Assembly: GCA_010405405.1 (NCBI GenBank)
Contig: MU004231.1
Span: forward strand, 794,153 to 858,152
Length of the DNA: 64,000 nt
Direction of reading: 5' to 3'
DNA from: Microthyrium microscopicum
Taxonomy: Eukaryota
Position 1 is the stretch's first letter; the number at the start of each line of letters is the position of its first letter. Positions 26,439 through 40,610 of this stretch are shown here, piece after piece. The notes below the pieces were generated by a model. The model worked only from the letters and a program-made list of their open reading frames with translations. It was not told where the DNA came from and made no database searches. The position numbers and the translations under genes are program-made.

Positions 26439-27437
26439 AGATCAGAAGTCTCATACTCCAATAACAGTCCAATGTTCAAACGGCAGTATGTTGAGTTTTT
26501 GTACTGGTGCTCTTCAGGGACAAAATAAGTGAGCCGGTTGGAAGGAGTTCCTTCGCATCAATTACGACGGCTACCATAACACTTCTTGGAGAGGGACTGC
26601 TTTAATTTACATCAGCGTCGTTAAACTTACATTATTTCATCGAATAAGACGGCAATCAAGCAGTCACTCTTCAAGAGGAATCGTCGTCCAAACAGCTTGC
26701 TTATTTTGTCCCTGAAGAGTGGTGATATTGGTTCAGCGCTGCCAATGATTTCTAGCGATCCAAGCATCCCCGCCTTGCCTGCTCCAGTCAAAACGGCGCT
26801 AAGAGCGGAGCAAAATAAAAACACTCACCTGTCTTAGACAGCTAGTCGATAAATACAGTTCAAGAATCAATTTCAGGAGCAAATGAAGTAGTTCTGAGCT
26901 GTGAAGTTGAGGTGTTGATACATAAGATGTTGCCAAAAGCGCCAAGATATGCCCCTCGGTTACCTAATGCCAGCCCCGGCCTCTCTAGCGCTCCTTCCTC
27001 TCAAGAAACTTAGGCTCATCACCCAAGCTGGCAACTGCACTTGACTGATCTAAAAGGTCTGATGCGCTTTGCGAGCCACACCAAAGCTACCAACCACCAC
27101 CACTTCACCATTGCCTCCGCCCGCCTTCACCACTTTCCTTCTCGCCGCGCCTCAAACTCTACCTTTTCTTTCTTCGTCAGGGCGACATCCGCAACTCTTC
27201 TTTAGCCTGTTCTCAACACCCTGACACCCTGCCAATATTACCACAGTTTGCAGTGGTGCCACCCTATACCTGCGCATATCGCGATTGTCTAAACCCAACC
27301 AGCCAGCCTCTGAGCCTTGCTACTTTCCACGCCTTATAATCCCCCACACAGTCCGACGACCGTCTCGTTGACCTGCCGCACGATCACACGAAGCCAAACC
27401 TTCAGCGAGAGCGGGGGTATACGGAAGCCTTGTCACG

Positions 27438-30400
27438 ATGGCCGCGTCCATCGAGGAGCTCGATAACACGGTCCGCGCCTTCTACGAGGGCCGTGGCGCA
27501 GCTGTAAGTTTTCAAGTTAGCTATGACTTGGTTAGCAAGATACTAATTCTTGGATCTGTAGCAAAAACAAGCTGAAGAACAGTTAAAAGAGGTAAGGACG
27601 ATGAATCGCCATTACAAGGTCGCTCAACTAACCCCTGTGATAGTTCAAGGAGAATCCGGATTCATGGACTCTCGTCGATCGCATCTTGAAGGAGTCTGGA
27701 TATCAGCAGACCAAATGTGAGCGACACTGGAAACTCTTAAAAGACGACGAACTAATTATGTGTAGTCCTTGGTCTTCAAGTACTCGACATCGTCATTATG
27801 ACGCGTTGGAAAATCCTGCCTCGTGAGCACTGTACTGGTGAGTTTTGTTCGGAATCCGAAGCATACGCCGTCTAAGATTGGAACAGGTATCCGAAATTTC
27901 ATTGTGAATTTCATCATCGAGATCGCAAACTCGGAGGAGAATCTCCGAACCCAGAAAACCCTCTTAAACAAACTGAATCTTGTGCTTGTGTCGATTCTAA
28001 AGCAGGAATGGCCTCACAATTGGCCAAACTTCATCAATGAGATTGTATCTGCATCTCATGCAAGCATTACCATCTGCGAAAATAACATGATCATTCTTCG
28101 ACTACTCTCAGAAGAGGTATTTGACTATTCGCAAGAGTCAATGACCTCCACGAAACAGAAGGAGCTCAAGAAGTCTATGAGTGATGAATTTACATCAATC
28201 TATCGTCTCTGCTCTGAAGTTTTGGCTTCCGCGTCTTCTCCCAGCTTGATTAAAGCTACGCTCGAAACATTGCTACGGTTTCTCAATTGGATTGCACTGG
28301 GCTACATTTTCGAGAGTCCTCCGGGCGGATTGAGCTTGATTGAAACTCTACGAAGCCGTTTCCTTGAAGTTCCGGAATTTCGAAATATCACTCTCAAATG
28401 TCTCACTGAGATTGCAAACCTTCAGACCGACACTATGTACAACGACAAGCTTCTCTCCATGTATACGGAGACTTTGACTGAGGTCTCGAAGATCATTCCA
28501 CTCACCATGGATCTGCGTAGCATTTACGCCAAGAGCGGAAGTAACGATCAAGAGTTCGTTCAAAACCTTGCGTTGTTTTTGACAACCTTCTTCAGCGCAC
28601 ACTTGAAGGTAAAGTCAGCCTCCTCGCAGTTGGAGAATATCGTTAACAAAAACAGATCATCGAGAATTTGCCGCAAGAAGAATACCTTACCCATGGCCAC
28701 TACTATCTCATTCGCATTAGCCAAATCGAGGATCGTGAAATATTCAAGATATGTCTTGAATACTGGACCAAGCTTGTTTCCGAGCTCTACGAAGAGATGC
28801 AACAAGTGCCGATAAGCGATATCAACCCTTTGCTTAGTATTGGTGGCTTGACCGGCGGCATTGCCAACGGTGGTCGCGACTCGAGTGCTTTGAGTAATCT
28901 CAACTTGCGGAAAAACAAGTACGCTGAAATTTTGACAAATCTGAGAGGCGTCGTCATTGAGAAGATGGTGAAGCCCGAGGAAGTGTTGATTGTTGAGAAT
29001 GATGAAGGCGAAATCGTTCGCGAGTTTGTCAAGGAGAGTGACACCATTCAGCTCTACAAGTCAACCCGAGAATGTCTTGTCTACCTCACACATCTTGACG
29101 TTAACGACACAGAGAACATCATGGCTGACAAGCTCGCACGTCAAGTTGATGGCTCAGAATGGTCGTGGAATAACTGCAACACCCTCTGTTGGGCAATCGG
29201 ATCCATTTCTGGCGCCATGAACGAAGATACCGAGAAGCGTTTCTTGGTCACCGTTATTAAGGACCTCTTGGGATTGACCGAAATGAAGCGCGGAAAGGAC
29301 AACAAAGCTGTTGTTGCCAGTAACATCATGTACATCGTCGGCCAATATCCTCGCTTCCTCAAGGCACATTGGAAATTCCTGAAGACTGTCGTCAATAAGC
29401 TCTTTGAGTTTATGCACGAAACCCACGAAGGTATGTTGAGATCAAATTTGACTTCTCTTGAGTCTGAACTAACAGCGTCATAGGTGTTCAAGACATGGCT
29501 TGCGATACCTTCATAAAGATCGCGCGTCAATGCAAGCGCCATTTCGTGGCACTTCAGCCTGGAGAGTCAGAACCTTTCATCGATGAAATCGTTCGTAATT
29601 TGCAACGAATCACGATTGATTTGAACCCGCAACAAATTCACACCTTTTACGAGGCATGTGGATACATGGTTAATGCCCAGGGTCAGAAAACTGTCCAAGA
29701 ACGCCTAATTCAAGATCTTATGGGGCCACCAAATGCAGCAGTGAGTCACCAAAAATGTGCGGTTGATGAATTTACAAGCTAATTGTTCTTAGTGGGATTC
29801 CATCATTGCTCAAGCACATGAGAACCCCCGAAGTCTCGAAGATGGTAACACCATCAAGATTATCGGCAATATCATGAAGACCAATGTGGCTGCTTGTTCA
29901 TCAATCGGTGCATATTTCTATCCTCAAATCGGTCGCATCTACCATGACATGCTCACCATGTATCGAGCTAGCAGTGGACTAATTGACACGGCCGTCAAGG
30001 AAAAGGGTATCATTGCTACGAAAATGCCTGGTGTTCGTGGTCTACGAACTATCAAAAAGGAGATTCTGAAACTTATTATCACCTACGTCGATAAAGCTGA
30101 CGACAATGATATGATTCATCGACAAATGGTCCCGCCGTTGCTTGAGGCGGTGTTGCTTGATTACAAGAACAATGTTCCCGACGCCCGTGAGGCAGAAGTT
30201 CTCAATGTTATGACTACATTGATCAGCAAGCTCCATGTAAGTTTGAAGTGGCTCCAACAAGTAATGGGCTAGACACTAACGGATTTTAGAACTTGATGGA
30301 AGAACAAGCTTTGGTGATCCTCGAGAACGTGTTCGAATGCACCTTGTCGATGATCAACAAGGACTTCTCGGACTATCCTGATCATCGAGTCGAATTCTTC

Positions 30401-31118
30401 AAACTTCTTCGCGCCATTTCCACCAATTGTTTCTCTGCCTTACTCAAACTCGACGCCGGACAGTTCAAATATGTCATCGACTCGTGTCTCTGGGCATTGA
30501 AGCATGATAATCATGAAGTTGAAGGCCAAGGCTTGATGATGTGTAACGATCTTGTCACACAAATGGCCGAGATGAACTTTACAGAGTTCTTTCAGAACTT
30601 CTACAGTCTCATCCTTCAAGAGGTCCTCTACGTCCTCACCGACAGCGATCACAAGGCTGGATTTAAGCACCAGGCCAACCTCGTAGCAAAGATGTTCTGG
30701 CTCGTTGAGACAAATAAGATTGGTGGCCCAGTATACACTGCAGAGCAAGCTCCTGAAGGCACTCCGAATAAAGAGTTCGTGAAGCAATTCACGGGCACTC
30801 TGCTGCTTACTGCCTATCCCAACCTACAAGCGTAAGTCTCACGATTAACTCCCTTATAACAAATGCTAATGATGTACCAGTACACAAACATCCAACTTCA
30901 TCGACGCACTCTTCGCAACCAACTTGGATTCTACGCGGTTCAAAGTTGTGCTCCGAGACTTCCTCGTCCAGCTCAAGGAGTTTTCAGGAGACAATGCAGA
31001 ACTGTTTTCGGAAGAGCGCGAGCTTGCGGCCAAGCAACAGAAGGAGGATGAGCGACAGCGAGCACTCAAGGTCGGCGGTCTACTCAAGCCATCGGAGCTG
31101 GAAGACGAGGAGCTATGA
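27438..31118 (+). CDS. CRM1: Exportin-1 (CRM1/XPO1/KapK), multi-exon
   Basis: [131 protein letters not shown]-terminal [13 protein letters not shown]. Confidence 0.98.
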
Positions 31119-32886
31119 CTTGACTCTGATTTGCCGCTCAGTGTGGCAGTTAAATCTGAACATGATCGCGCCGCTGATGAACAAGGAGAAGCAGTTCATG
31201 GCCGTAATGACATTGTGTATGATGGTTGGGAGGCATATGGCTTCTAGCAAACGTTCAAACGAAAACAACCAGCAATAGCGATTGGGGAAAAAAAGAAACA
31301 ATGACGACCACCATGGCGCTTTGCGAGGCTTGGACGATTCACAGAATGTCTTGGATTGCTGAAATGATGAAGTGTAGGATGGCGGAGAGGATTGATAGGA
31401 CGGGCACGATATATCCATTGTAGCATAGACTAGCAGGAAAAGTTTCTGGGTAGGAATTGAATGAATTTTTAAATACAAATATGCCACTGTCTTGGCTTTA
31501 GTAATGTTCATATTCTTCTAAGGGTGGTTATGTGCAATGAGTCTAGACTGTTTTGCTATCAAATTTGAAATCTGACATTGTTGATGGTGACATTGGTGAG
31601 CTTGAATTTCTGAACTGCAGTTGCATGTGGGAAAAGGGGAGTATCTGATTGGCTGATTTAGCACAAGTTTTGATGTTGCGACCAATCAGCAATAGCGCAG
31701 TAAGCCACTCGAGCCGGGCTGGACAGCGAATTCGTTTGGTAACAATCAGTTGCAGCCGAACACCAAGAATTGATCAATGATCCTGAGCAAGTCACAATTG
31801 CCTGCACCACCATCTGCCCAACATTGAATCCAAATTCTTCTGTTCGTCAGACTCCTTGTCTATCGTGGCTGCTATCAGCACATATGACACCTGCCGCAGA
31901 GTTCATACATCCCATTCCTCAGGCGCGATCCACTACATCAGTGATCCTGCAAGTCTTGCATTGAACCACATCTCTCCCCAAGTCTCTGCGCCCTCATTCA
32001 GCTTGTGACTTGAGTTTGACTGTCCCACGCCAATTTTGCCATCGGTTGTTTACAGGGTGAAATAATACTTTTGACGTCTTGCCGGAACGTCCCACACAAA
32101 CTGCTTCACGAGCCACTGACGCGCTGCAACCTGGAAATCCAGTCCGTCACCTCGGATCGTGAAAGGCCTTGTGCGCCGCCTTGCCAACTGTTCTATCTCA
32201 TTCTGCACCGTCTGGAGAGCGAATCAGAAACTAGCTGACCGTCCCGAGTCTGCTGTTCTGTCGGCTTCAACCGACTGCTGAAGAACTCGCGGCCCGAACC
32301 AGGTTTGGTAACACCGTTCCTGAACACTGAAAAGCAAACGAAGGCTGGCTAGGAATACTGCATACTGCCTACTCGGCACACGCTGGAATCTGCTGTACCG
32401 CTTCGTGCGCTTGTAGTCCTAATCCTCACTGACCACTACCTTGTCAGTCTATGATAGGCTTAGCCACTGAAATCCCATGCGAGAGCCCCAAGCCTACTCA
32501 TCATTGTCAGTGCATCCGGGTTACTTCGTTCCTGAGCCCGACGTGGGCGACCCTTTTCATTGAAAAAAGACTTCTGGTTGTGCTCATAGCCATCCTATCA
32601 TCAATATGTACGTCGATCCCTTGTTTCTTTCATGCTTCCCCTGCAACGTCTCTTCAACCTTCTTGCCTGTCCAGTCACCCCCTACTCTTGTAGATGAAGT
32701 CTATACATCTGTAAGAGTCTTCTGCTCGGGTAGGCTTCCTCACATAGGAAGATTCTCCACGCTTGAACATCATTTTGAGCCCGAGAATGACTCTCAATCC
32801 ACGGCCATCTTTGCCCCCATCGAATTGGAGGCCATTCAATTTGCAAAGACCTGTTCCCGGTCTGCATTCCGTTCTCGGCTACCAAC

Positions 32887-35800
32887 ATGTCGTACGAACT
32901 AGATCGATCTCACGATCGTCGGCACTCTGATTGGATTTCTGTAAGACCCGTTATAGATCATATCCGTTGACTTGTCTTTGTTTTGCGTCTGACAGGAAGT
33001 TCGGAAAGCAAATACAAAAGCGCCAGCTTGAAATACCCGAGTATGCGGCGAGCTTTGTCGACTACAAAGCGCTCAAGAAGGTTAGTCACCTCAATCCCTA
33101 ACACTGCCGATATGTTCCATGGTGAAGTACTTACCAAGACCCATTTTAGCTCATCAAGGCGCTGAGCGCAACGCCAGTCCTCCCCGCGCAGAATGATCCA
33201 TCGCGGTCGAACATCCTCGAGCCTCGAGAGGCACTCCAAGCCAACAAGGCTACGTTTTTCTTCCGCCTGGTATGCGACAATGACAGGTTGTTGAGCCTCC
33301 GGTGATTAATCAAGACTAGGAGCGCGAACTCGAGAAAGTCAACAAGTTTTACCTTCAGAAAGAAGCAGAGGTATACTACTCTAGTCTGCTATTGACCTGC
33401 TCGCTGACTTTGCGAAGCTGAAACTACGGCTGGGTTCTCTATTAGATCAAAAACGTTCTATGCAAGCGCAACAAACGCCCGCTTCTAGACTATCATCACG
33501 CTACATTGCGCTAGAAGAAGGATTTCGTCAATTCAGCCGGGACTTGAGCAAACTTCAGGTCAGATACTATGCTTTTCATTACGACACTTGCTGATAAGTT
33601 ATAGCAATTCATTGAAATCAACGCCACTGCTTTCTCAAAGATTTTGAAAAAGGTTTGAATATCCATGATGGTTAGTAGAAACTCTTAGCTAACTTCTCTA
33701 CAGTGGGACAAGGCATCAAAGGTCGGTCAAACCACAGAGACTTTTGAAATTGACTAAGTATTGTTTAGGATGAAACGAAAGTTGTGTTTCTATCTCGCGC
33801 CGTGGAAGTACAACCTTGCTTCAATCCTGATGTAATAAGTAACCTTTCGGATCAAGCTACGACAAATCTGTTGGACTTTGCGGCCTGGGCGGAAGGAGAG
33901 AAGATACAGTTCACAGCACCGGACCTTGACGACAATGCGAAGAGATCTGTCTCCCAGGAAAACGCCGAGCTCGATTCTCAAATACATCAAGCAGTTACAG
34001 CAGGCAACTTGTCAGTCGTGGAGGATTGGACAACTAGGATCCATACTCTACCGGATGCCTCGCTCCGCGTGACCCGTGTCTTCTTGGGAACTGCCGACGA
34101 TGCGTCAGAACAATCTCTAGAACTTTTGCTCAATACAGGCTTGGTGGATTTGCATGAAATCGACGAGATCAATCATCGCAACATATTGCACAAAGCCGCA
34201 ATCACGGGTCGGCTTATACTGCTCCGAATTGGTCTTGAAGGGAAAGTCGACGTCCGCGCAGTAGATGTGTATGGACGGATACCTCTTCACTATGCGTGCA
34301 TGCATGGCTCAGTGGATATGATCCAGGAACTGATTGCAGCCAGCCCGAAGACTCTGGAATTCCAAGACCACGACAAATTCACGCCGTTGATACACGCCAT
34401 TGTCCACGAAAGAAGAGAGTGCGTGACTAGCTTACTCTCGCATGGCGCAAAGATAGATCCGGCATCTGACCAAGATCATGTACCCTTGAATTTGGCTTGC
34501 CAGCATGGTTCTTCCACAATAGTCAAAGAGTTGCTCAAGCACAGCCCAGAGATTATACCTGATGCCGAGGGACTGTATCCACAGCACCTAGTCGCTCGTT
34601 CGCCCAAAGCACCACAATTGCTCCTGATGCTCAAGGAATATGGCGCTGATCTAGATCAACCCGACAAACTGTATCAGTGGACACCGCTATTCCATGCCTC
34701 CAGCGAAGGCAATGTCTCTTGTTTGGAGACCCTGATGGAAAGCGGTGTAAATTGTAGCATTCTGGACGAAAAGGGCCTGTCCGCCCTCTACTATGCCGCG
34801 TGGGAAGGTCATCTGCGCTGCATTCGACTACTGATTGAAGCAAACGTACCCTCCCCTGCGATTTCCTCTCAAAAATCTCCTCCTGCTCCTCCAAAACTCA
34901 ATTTTCCTCCTCCGGCAAGCCCTTCGCCCATGAGTAGGATAGAAGAATCCATTCCACCTCTTGTCTTACCTCCAGCAATAGTACCAATTCGGAGATACGG
35001 GCACAACTTCCTTGACTCCAAAACCTTTGTGGTCTTGAACTTTGGAACATTTGGACAAGATGCCATTCAATTCTATGATGACAACAAATATCCGGCAGCC
35101 CGTATAACAGTCTCTAGCAAGTCCTCAGACTTGATTCCTCGAAATCTATTGCTTCCAATACAAGACGACTCGAAGATTCTCTCGTTTCAGATCGACAACC
35201 TGGAGACCTTCTCGATTGAATTTGACGTGTATGCCACATTTGGTGCTCGTGTAATCGCCAGAGCAGTTGCTTCTTCCAAAGTCTTCACAGCACAATCTGG
35301 ATCGAGTGGCGAATGGCATTTGGAACTTCTAGATCCTCGACTCCGGGCTGTTGGTCGCATTTCCTTCTCATTTCTCGTCATCAAGCCGTTCACCGGTATT
35401 CCTCTGGAAATATCTCATTTCAGTACATACTGGAGAGCAACTGCTCAAGATCTTCAAGCTCAAGCGACTTCTCCACAAATCACTGGCTCCAGTCTTTCTG
35501 GTCAATATGTCCGTCTCTTCATTCAACTAACTTGCGACAAAATCCCAGTGCTGTACCCTCTCTGGACAGTCAACCACCACGGCCTCCAAGTGCCCATCAT
35601 GCGACTGACTTGGGATCAATTCTGTGATATTGGAGCAGAGCATCCACAGCGCCATGATGCAGAAGCTGCCATGGCGGAGTTAGCAAAACATCCAGAAAAA
35701 GCAAACAATTCTGCCAATCTTGCTACAATGCATAAGCTGCTAGCTTCAAGCTTTGGCAGTCTCCAGGATGTTTTGTCCATGCTTCCGCCTCAGGTGCACG

Positions 35801-36465
35801 TCGACCTGCACATTCTCTACCCAACACGCGAACAGGAAGATCGCGAGCGTATCGGCCCCTCGCCAACGATGAACGACTTTGCAGACGCGCTGCTCAAGGT
35901 AGTTTTCGACCATGCAAGGGAAACTCGCAAGGCAGAACACCCCTTTGTTCGTGGTGTTGTATTTTCAAGCTACAATGCAGAGATTTGTACAGCGTTGAAT
36001 TGGAAACAGCCAAATTGTTTGTATTCGATAACTTTGAAGATTCCATGATACTAATTTTCACAGATCCTGTCTTGCTATGCAATGATCTTGGTGCAGATGC
36101 AGCAGCTCACAAGACTGTTGTGCCTTGTAGTGGTCGAATCGTGTTCAGTGTTCAGGAGGCGGTATCTTTGGCTCGCAATAATAACTTTATGGGGCTTGCA
36201 TGCCGCTCGAGAATACTGGTAAGCTCTATTGGCTCTTATAACTCGAGATTTCAATGCCAACACTAATCGTGTCTAGACTTTGGCTCCAAGTCTGGTTGAA
36301 ACCATAAAGGCCGCTGGTCTAGTCCTGATATCCGATATATCTGGATCCCCGGCTGACTCGGGTGATCCTCCTCGTGGATCTAGCCACGCCACGCTTCTCG
36401 AGAAGGTTGATGGAACAGTCAGAAGCAACGGTATTCTTCGGTTCATGGACAGTGTGGATGAGTAG
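32887..36465 (+). CDS. nuc-2: SPX-ankyrin-GDPD-like phosphate-signalling CDK inhibitor NUC-2/Pho81, multi-exon
   Basis: SPX exons KFGKQIQKRQLEIPEYAASFVDYKALKK, ANKATFFFRL|ERELEKVNKFYLQKE, EINATAFSKILKK|WDK; ankyrin repeats (GRIPLHYAC, FTPLIHAI, WTPLFHAS); RRYGHNFLD and a degenerate GDPD-like C-terminus (FSSYNAEICTALNWKQPN). First coding exon is only a few nt (see findings). Confidence 0.92.
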
Positions 36466-36778
36466 ATGGGCTGATTGCCAATGGATGGAATGGGCACTCA
36501 ACGTGTAGTGCGAATCAATTCTTACGATGATCTGATGATGAGGTATTAGACACTGGGTGGCTGTTGATGCTACCTTTTAGCGATTGTTTAGAGAGAATTC
36601 CTACACCCTGACAATTCGAGTAGGATGTTTAGCAGGTCTCGTAGTAAGAGGCAGTAAACTCTGCTGCCCTTGAATAGCTTCGAGACAGCTACTATAAGCT
36701 CTTGATCAACTAAGAGCTGTATTAAAATTATGATATATCATTATCACCATCTTCTCAAGCAGTGCCTCCTCACAATCT

Positions 36779-37384
36779 CTATGCCCCTTTGTAGTTGTAC
36801 TTGAGTTTCTCAAGCCCGTCGACATCTATCGGGGCCAACGTCGCTCGTCCTACCATCACAATAATAAACACAACTATTCCACCATTAGCTGGCTCCCATC
36901 CTTACACTTCTCGCACCACAAACCTACCAAACGGCAAAATCAGCATTCCCTCTCCATCTTCCCACCCACTCAACCCATTCTGCATCCCCGCCACTCCACT
37001 GATCGTCAATACACACGCCAACATCGCATTCAGTGGCATCAACCACGTCTCTAACGGCCCATCCTTCTCACTCTTCGCCTTTGCCTTCCCTTTGCCCTCG
37101 TCGATAGGTGGCAGCGGTAGATAGTATAGCGTATACACTGTAGCTGCCAGCGAGCTTAGACTGCCTAACGTCATGGCTAGACCTATCGAGCGCGCGGAGG
37201 AAAGAACGAGTAGGCCGGCGAGTACGGGCACGAGCGCAAAGAGCGCGCGGTAGATTGCGCTGGAGCGCGCGTCGTGGGTGCGTAGGGAGGTTATTAGTTC
37301 GGCTTGCTCTTGTTCGTCTAGATCTGCGGTGGTGGGATCGTCGGTGGGGGGCGCGAGGGCGCGGCGGAGACGGGTTGTTGCCAT
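36779..37384 (-). CDS. Small fungal multi-pass membrane protein of unknown function, 2 exons
   Basis: MATTRLRRAL...LDEQEQAELITSLR, several hydrophobic segments, then a GTAGGT..CTAAT..AG intron and a final exon ending LEKLKYNYKGA*. Confidence 0.7.
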
Positions 37385-37571
37385 GGTTGATGGTGTGAAG
37401 TTGAGATATGGATGATGGATGTTGCATGTGTAAGGCTGAAGGATACATGGAAGTAAAATAGGAGGGGTGCATTTTAACATAACCCCCAGCGGTTATGGGA
37501 GCTCGGACATTTGTAGATATTTTGTCTAAAGCATCAAGTCATTGAACCAATATCAAAACCACCTACACACC

Positions 37572-38206
37572 ATGGCCTCAAGGACCCTGCCATCCCGTCT
37601 CCTTCGGCGGCCGCTCTCGACACCAATATGTATACGGCATACCCCCCGAACCACCAAACGCACCAACATCCCCGCCCCAGCGCCAGACTCGACTCCCTTC
37701 ATGACCCGCCGCTCCGACCGCGACCTTCCACCACTCTCCCGCATCAATAATCCATACTATACCTGGCGCCACCTCCCCATCGTGCTAGTCATTGTTAGCG
37801 CGGCAGCATTCGGCATATTCAACTACCAAAAGATCAACCACTCCGTCGTCAATTCGTGTCTATATGCGCTGCGCGTACATCCATTGGCGCGGGAGAAGCT
37901 GGGGGACGAGATATATTTTCGCGATCGGATACCGTGGATTTGGGGGTCGATTGATAGTTTGCATGGGGAGGTGGATGTGACATTTGGTGTCAAGGGGAAG
38001 AGTGGGAAGGGCGTCATGAGGTTCCGGTGTGTGAGGAGTAGGGGCGATGAGTTTGTGAGTTTTATGCTGGGGGTCTATGGAGATGGGTGCTAATGAGGGT
38101 GCAGTTTCATACGGAGGTTTGGACGCTGAATACGGAGGATGGGCGGGCGTATGATTTGATGGAGGCGGAGAGTGATCCTATGGAAGGCGTAGCTTCAATC
38201 GGATGA
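37572..38206 (+). CDS. COA1: Cytochrome c oxidase assembly factor Coa1, 2 exons
   Basis: Arg-rich mitochondrial-type N-terminus, one TM helix, FNYQKINHSVVNSCLYALR..AREKLGDEIYF..PWIWG..HGEVDVTFGVKG..GVMRF; intron GTGAGT..CAG then FHTEVWTL. Confidence 0.85.
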
Positions 38207-38332
38207 GCGCCTTATTTATTGCATTGCAAGGCGTTATGGGGAGGTAGGTATAACCAATGCATAGGTTGTCTCTCCTTTCATGATATATATATTCTCCGTT
38301 CGCTGGAGGTCTCTAACTTAGCGGCCAATGTG

Positions 38333-39124
38333 TTATGCTTTGGAGCTCTCTGTCCGCTCTACCAAATCCGCCACACCCACTGCTCGCCCCATTTTGACCC
38401 TCCGCTTCTTTTCCTTCTTCGCTCCTCCTGTCGACGCATCTTCGCTTTTCTTGCCCTCACTGCCTACTGCGTCGCCTTCGTCCTCGTCTTCGTCCTCGCG
38501 CCGTCCTTGTTCTGCCTCAAGTCTGATATCTGAGAGGTCCATGCGCATCGAGTATGCATCTTCGCCGTCTGCGTAGTATTTGGATTCAATCTTGTCGTTT
38601 GTGAAGCCTAGGGTATCGCGGTAGAGGTGAAGAGCTGCGATATTGCTCACACGCACGTGAAGTGAGACGTAGTGTGCGCCATAAGATTCCGCCATTGCGC
38701 GCTCTATACTTCCTTATCAGTAAGTAGTTCAGCTACTGGTGTGAGTGGGTGGAGTTACGGCTTTGGCGCATGAGCTTCTCAGCGAGACCGAGGCGACGGT
38801 GTGTGCGCATGACGGAGAGACTGGTTATGTGACCGTGTGTTATTCCATCGCTGGGATCTTCTTCCATCTTGGCCAGGACGTAGCCGACAATTTTGGGATA
38901 GTCGTAGGGTGTTTTTTGTGGTCGCGATGTCTATATATTCCGTGAGGTTAGCTCTGCGCCGCATGGGGCAGGAAGCAACTTACGTCGACAGCAACGTAGC
39001 TTAGTTGCGGCCATGCCATGGCATGGTATAGGTAGTATTTGCAGAAGTAGTTTTCGGGGAGGTTAGTTATGTTGGCTTGTTGGACGTGGGGAATGTCCGA
39101 AGGCTTCATCAACCGGATATCCAT
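38333..39124 (-). CDS. NAA10: NatA N-terminal acetyltransferase catalytic subunit Ard1/Naa10, multi-exon
   Basis: [102 protein letters not shown]. Confidence 0.95.
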
Positions 39125-39635
39125 GATGGCTAATAGTATGTAGGATGAGTTGACGGGGATTGGACTGGGTTTGAGCGGAATAGCGAGGCTGCTGTGAACT
39201 GGTCAAAGAAACCGGAGTTTGATTGTAGTTTGTTGAGGAGAATATAGAAGTTCGAGGGAGATGGAGCTTGGTTGAGTTGCAGTGGGCATAAAAAGCTGGG
39301 GTGGTCAAAATGTGTGGGACCAATCAATGAAGCCCCCTCGATTTCAAGCTTCAACAACATCTGATGATCTGAGACTGAGTTTTACCACATTACCCTTTTC
39401 TATCGGTCGCTCTAGTTATCCTGATGTATTCTATCTTGACGTTCTTCCCGAACCCTGACCAGCAGATTTCTGATCTTTCTTTTGTAAGACGCCGACAATA
39501 AATGCGTACTGGCCACTTATCGTTGCAAAATGTCATGTCGATGTACAGTCACTTGAATCATCGGACAACCGCCGAGCCATTCTATTGATTACCATTTGGA
39601 TTTTACAGTCTTGAAACCTTCCTAGGCTAGTGTGA

Positions 39636-40610
39636 CTAGAAGCTCATATACATTCCTCCATTGGCATTCAAGACACTTCCAGTTGACCAGCTCGCTTCAG
39701 GGCTGCACAGAAGTCCAACTAGCGAAGCGATTTCTCCTTCATATGCTGGTCTACCACCCGTTTTCTTGATATCTGCAACAAATTCTGGATTATCTATGCC
39801 CTCTCTTACTGCAGCGAGCGGAGTGTGTTCTAGGAACGAGCGCATTCGATCGGCAAACGCCGGAACCGCTGCACCACCATACTGCGAGAGTTAGCTTTGG
39901 AAGAAGGCCAAGGTATAACTATGCTCACCATATCGGTCGCAACTGGTCCTGGATTTACGGCATTAACTGTTGCTCTTGGTGCCAGTTCCCGAGCCCAGGT
40001 CCGAGTCATTGCTTCTAGAGCAGCCTTGGTTCCGCCATAGACACTCTGTCCAACAAATCCAAGACTGGCAGACACACTTGACAGGTTGACAATTCGACCA
40101 GATCGATCATGGGGCAGGTAATCAATTGCAGCTTTCATCAAAAGTAAGGGTCCACGGACATTGATGTTGTATTGGAACGCAAAGTCTTCCGCATGGCATT
40201 CTTCGATCGGAAGATTTACGCTCACGCCTGCATTGTTGATCAGGATATCCAGTTGGAAAGAGTCTGCCTTTTCCAATCCAAGATCGGCGAAGCTCTTGAC
40301 GGCTTGCTCAATGATATGGCCAGGACCGTCGGTGGTCCCCATATCTGCTTGCACCACTATAGCTTTCACCCCATATTGACTTTGAATACGGCTTGCCAGG
40401 CCTTGGGTCCGCTGAGTAGAGCTTTCTGAGGTGTAATTGAGAATCAAATTCGCTCCTTTCCCAGCAAGGACCTCGCATATAGCTGCACCGATACCTGTAG
40501 AATATTAACCTACCACTTCGAATCCACAATTATACGCGATCTTCACCTCTAGATGCTCCTGTCACGAGAGCTATCTTCCCTGCTAGCTCATTGCTTGATG
40601 ATTGAGCCAT
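39636..40610 (-). CDS. Classical short-chain dehydrogenase/reductase (FabG-like), 3 exons
   Basis: IALVTGASR|GIG nucleotide-binding motif split by an intron, DILINNAG, IVNLSS, catalytic YGGTK, VNAVNPGPVATDM, C-terminal WSTGSVLNANGG. Confidence 0.9.

Noticed and set aside
31119..32886. PHO-box (CACGTG) autoregulatory sites upstream of nuc-2
   Set aside because: No exact CACGTG found by eye; an inverted CCAAT pair near 31644-31690 is too short to call.
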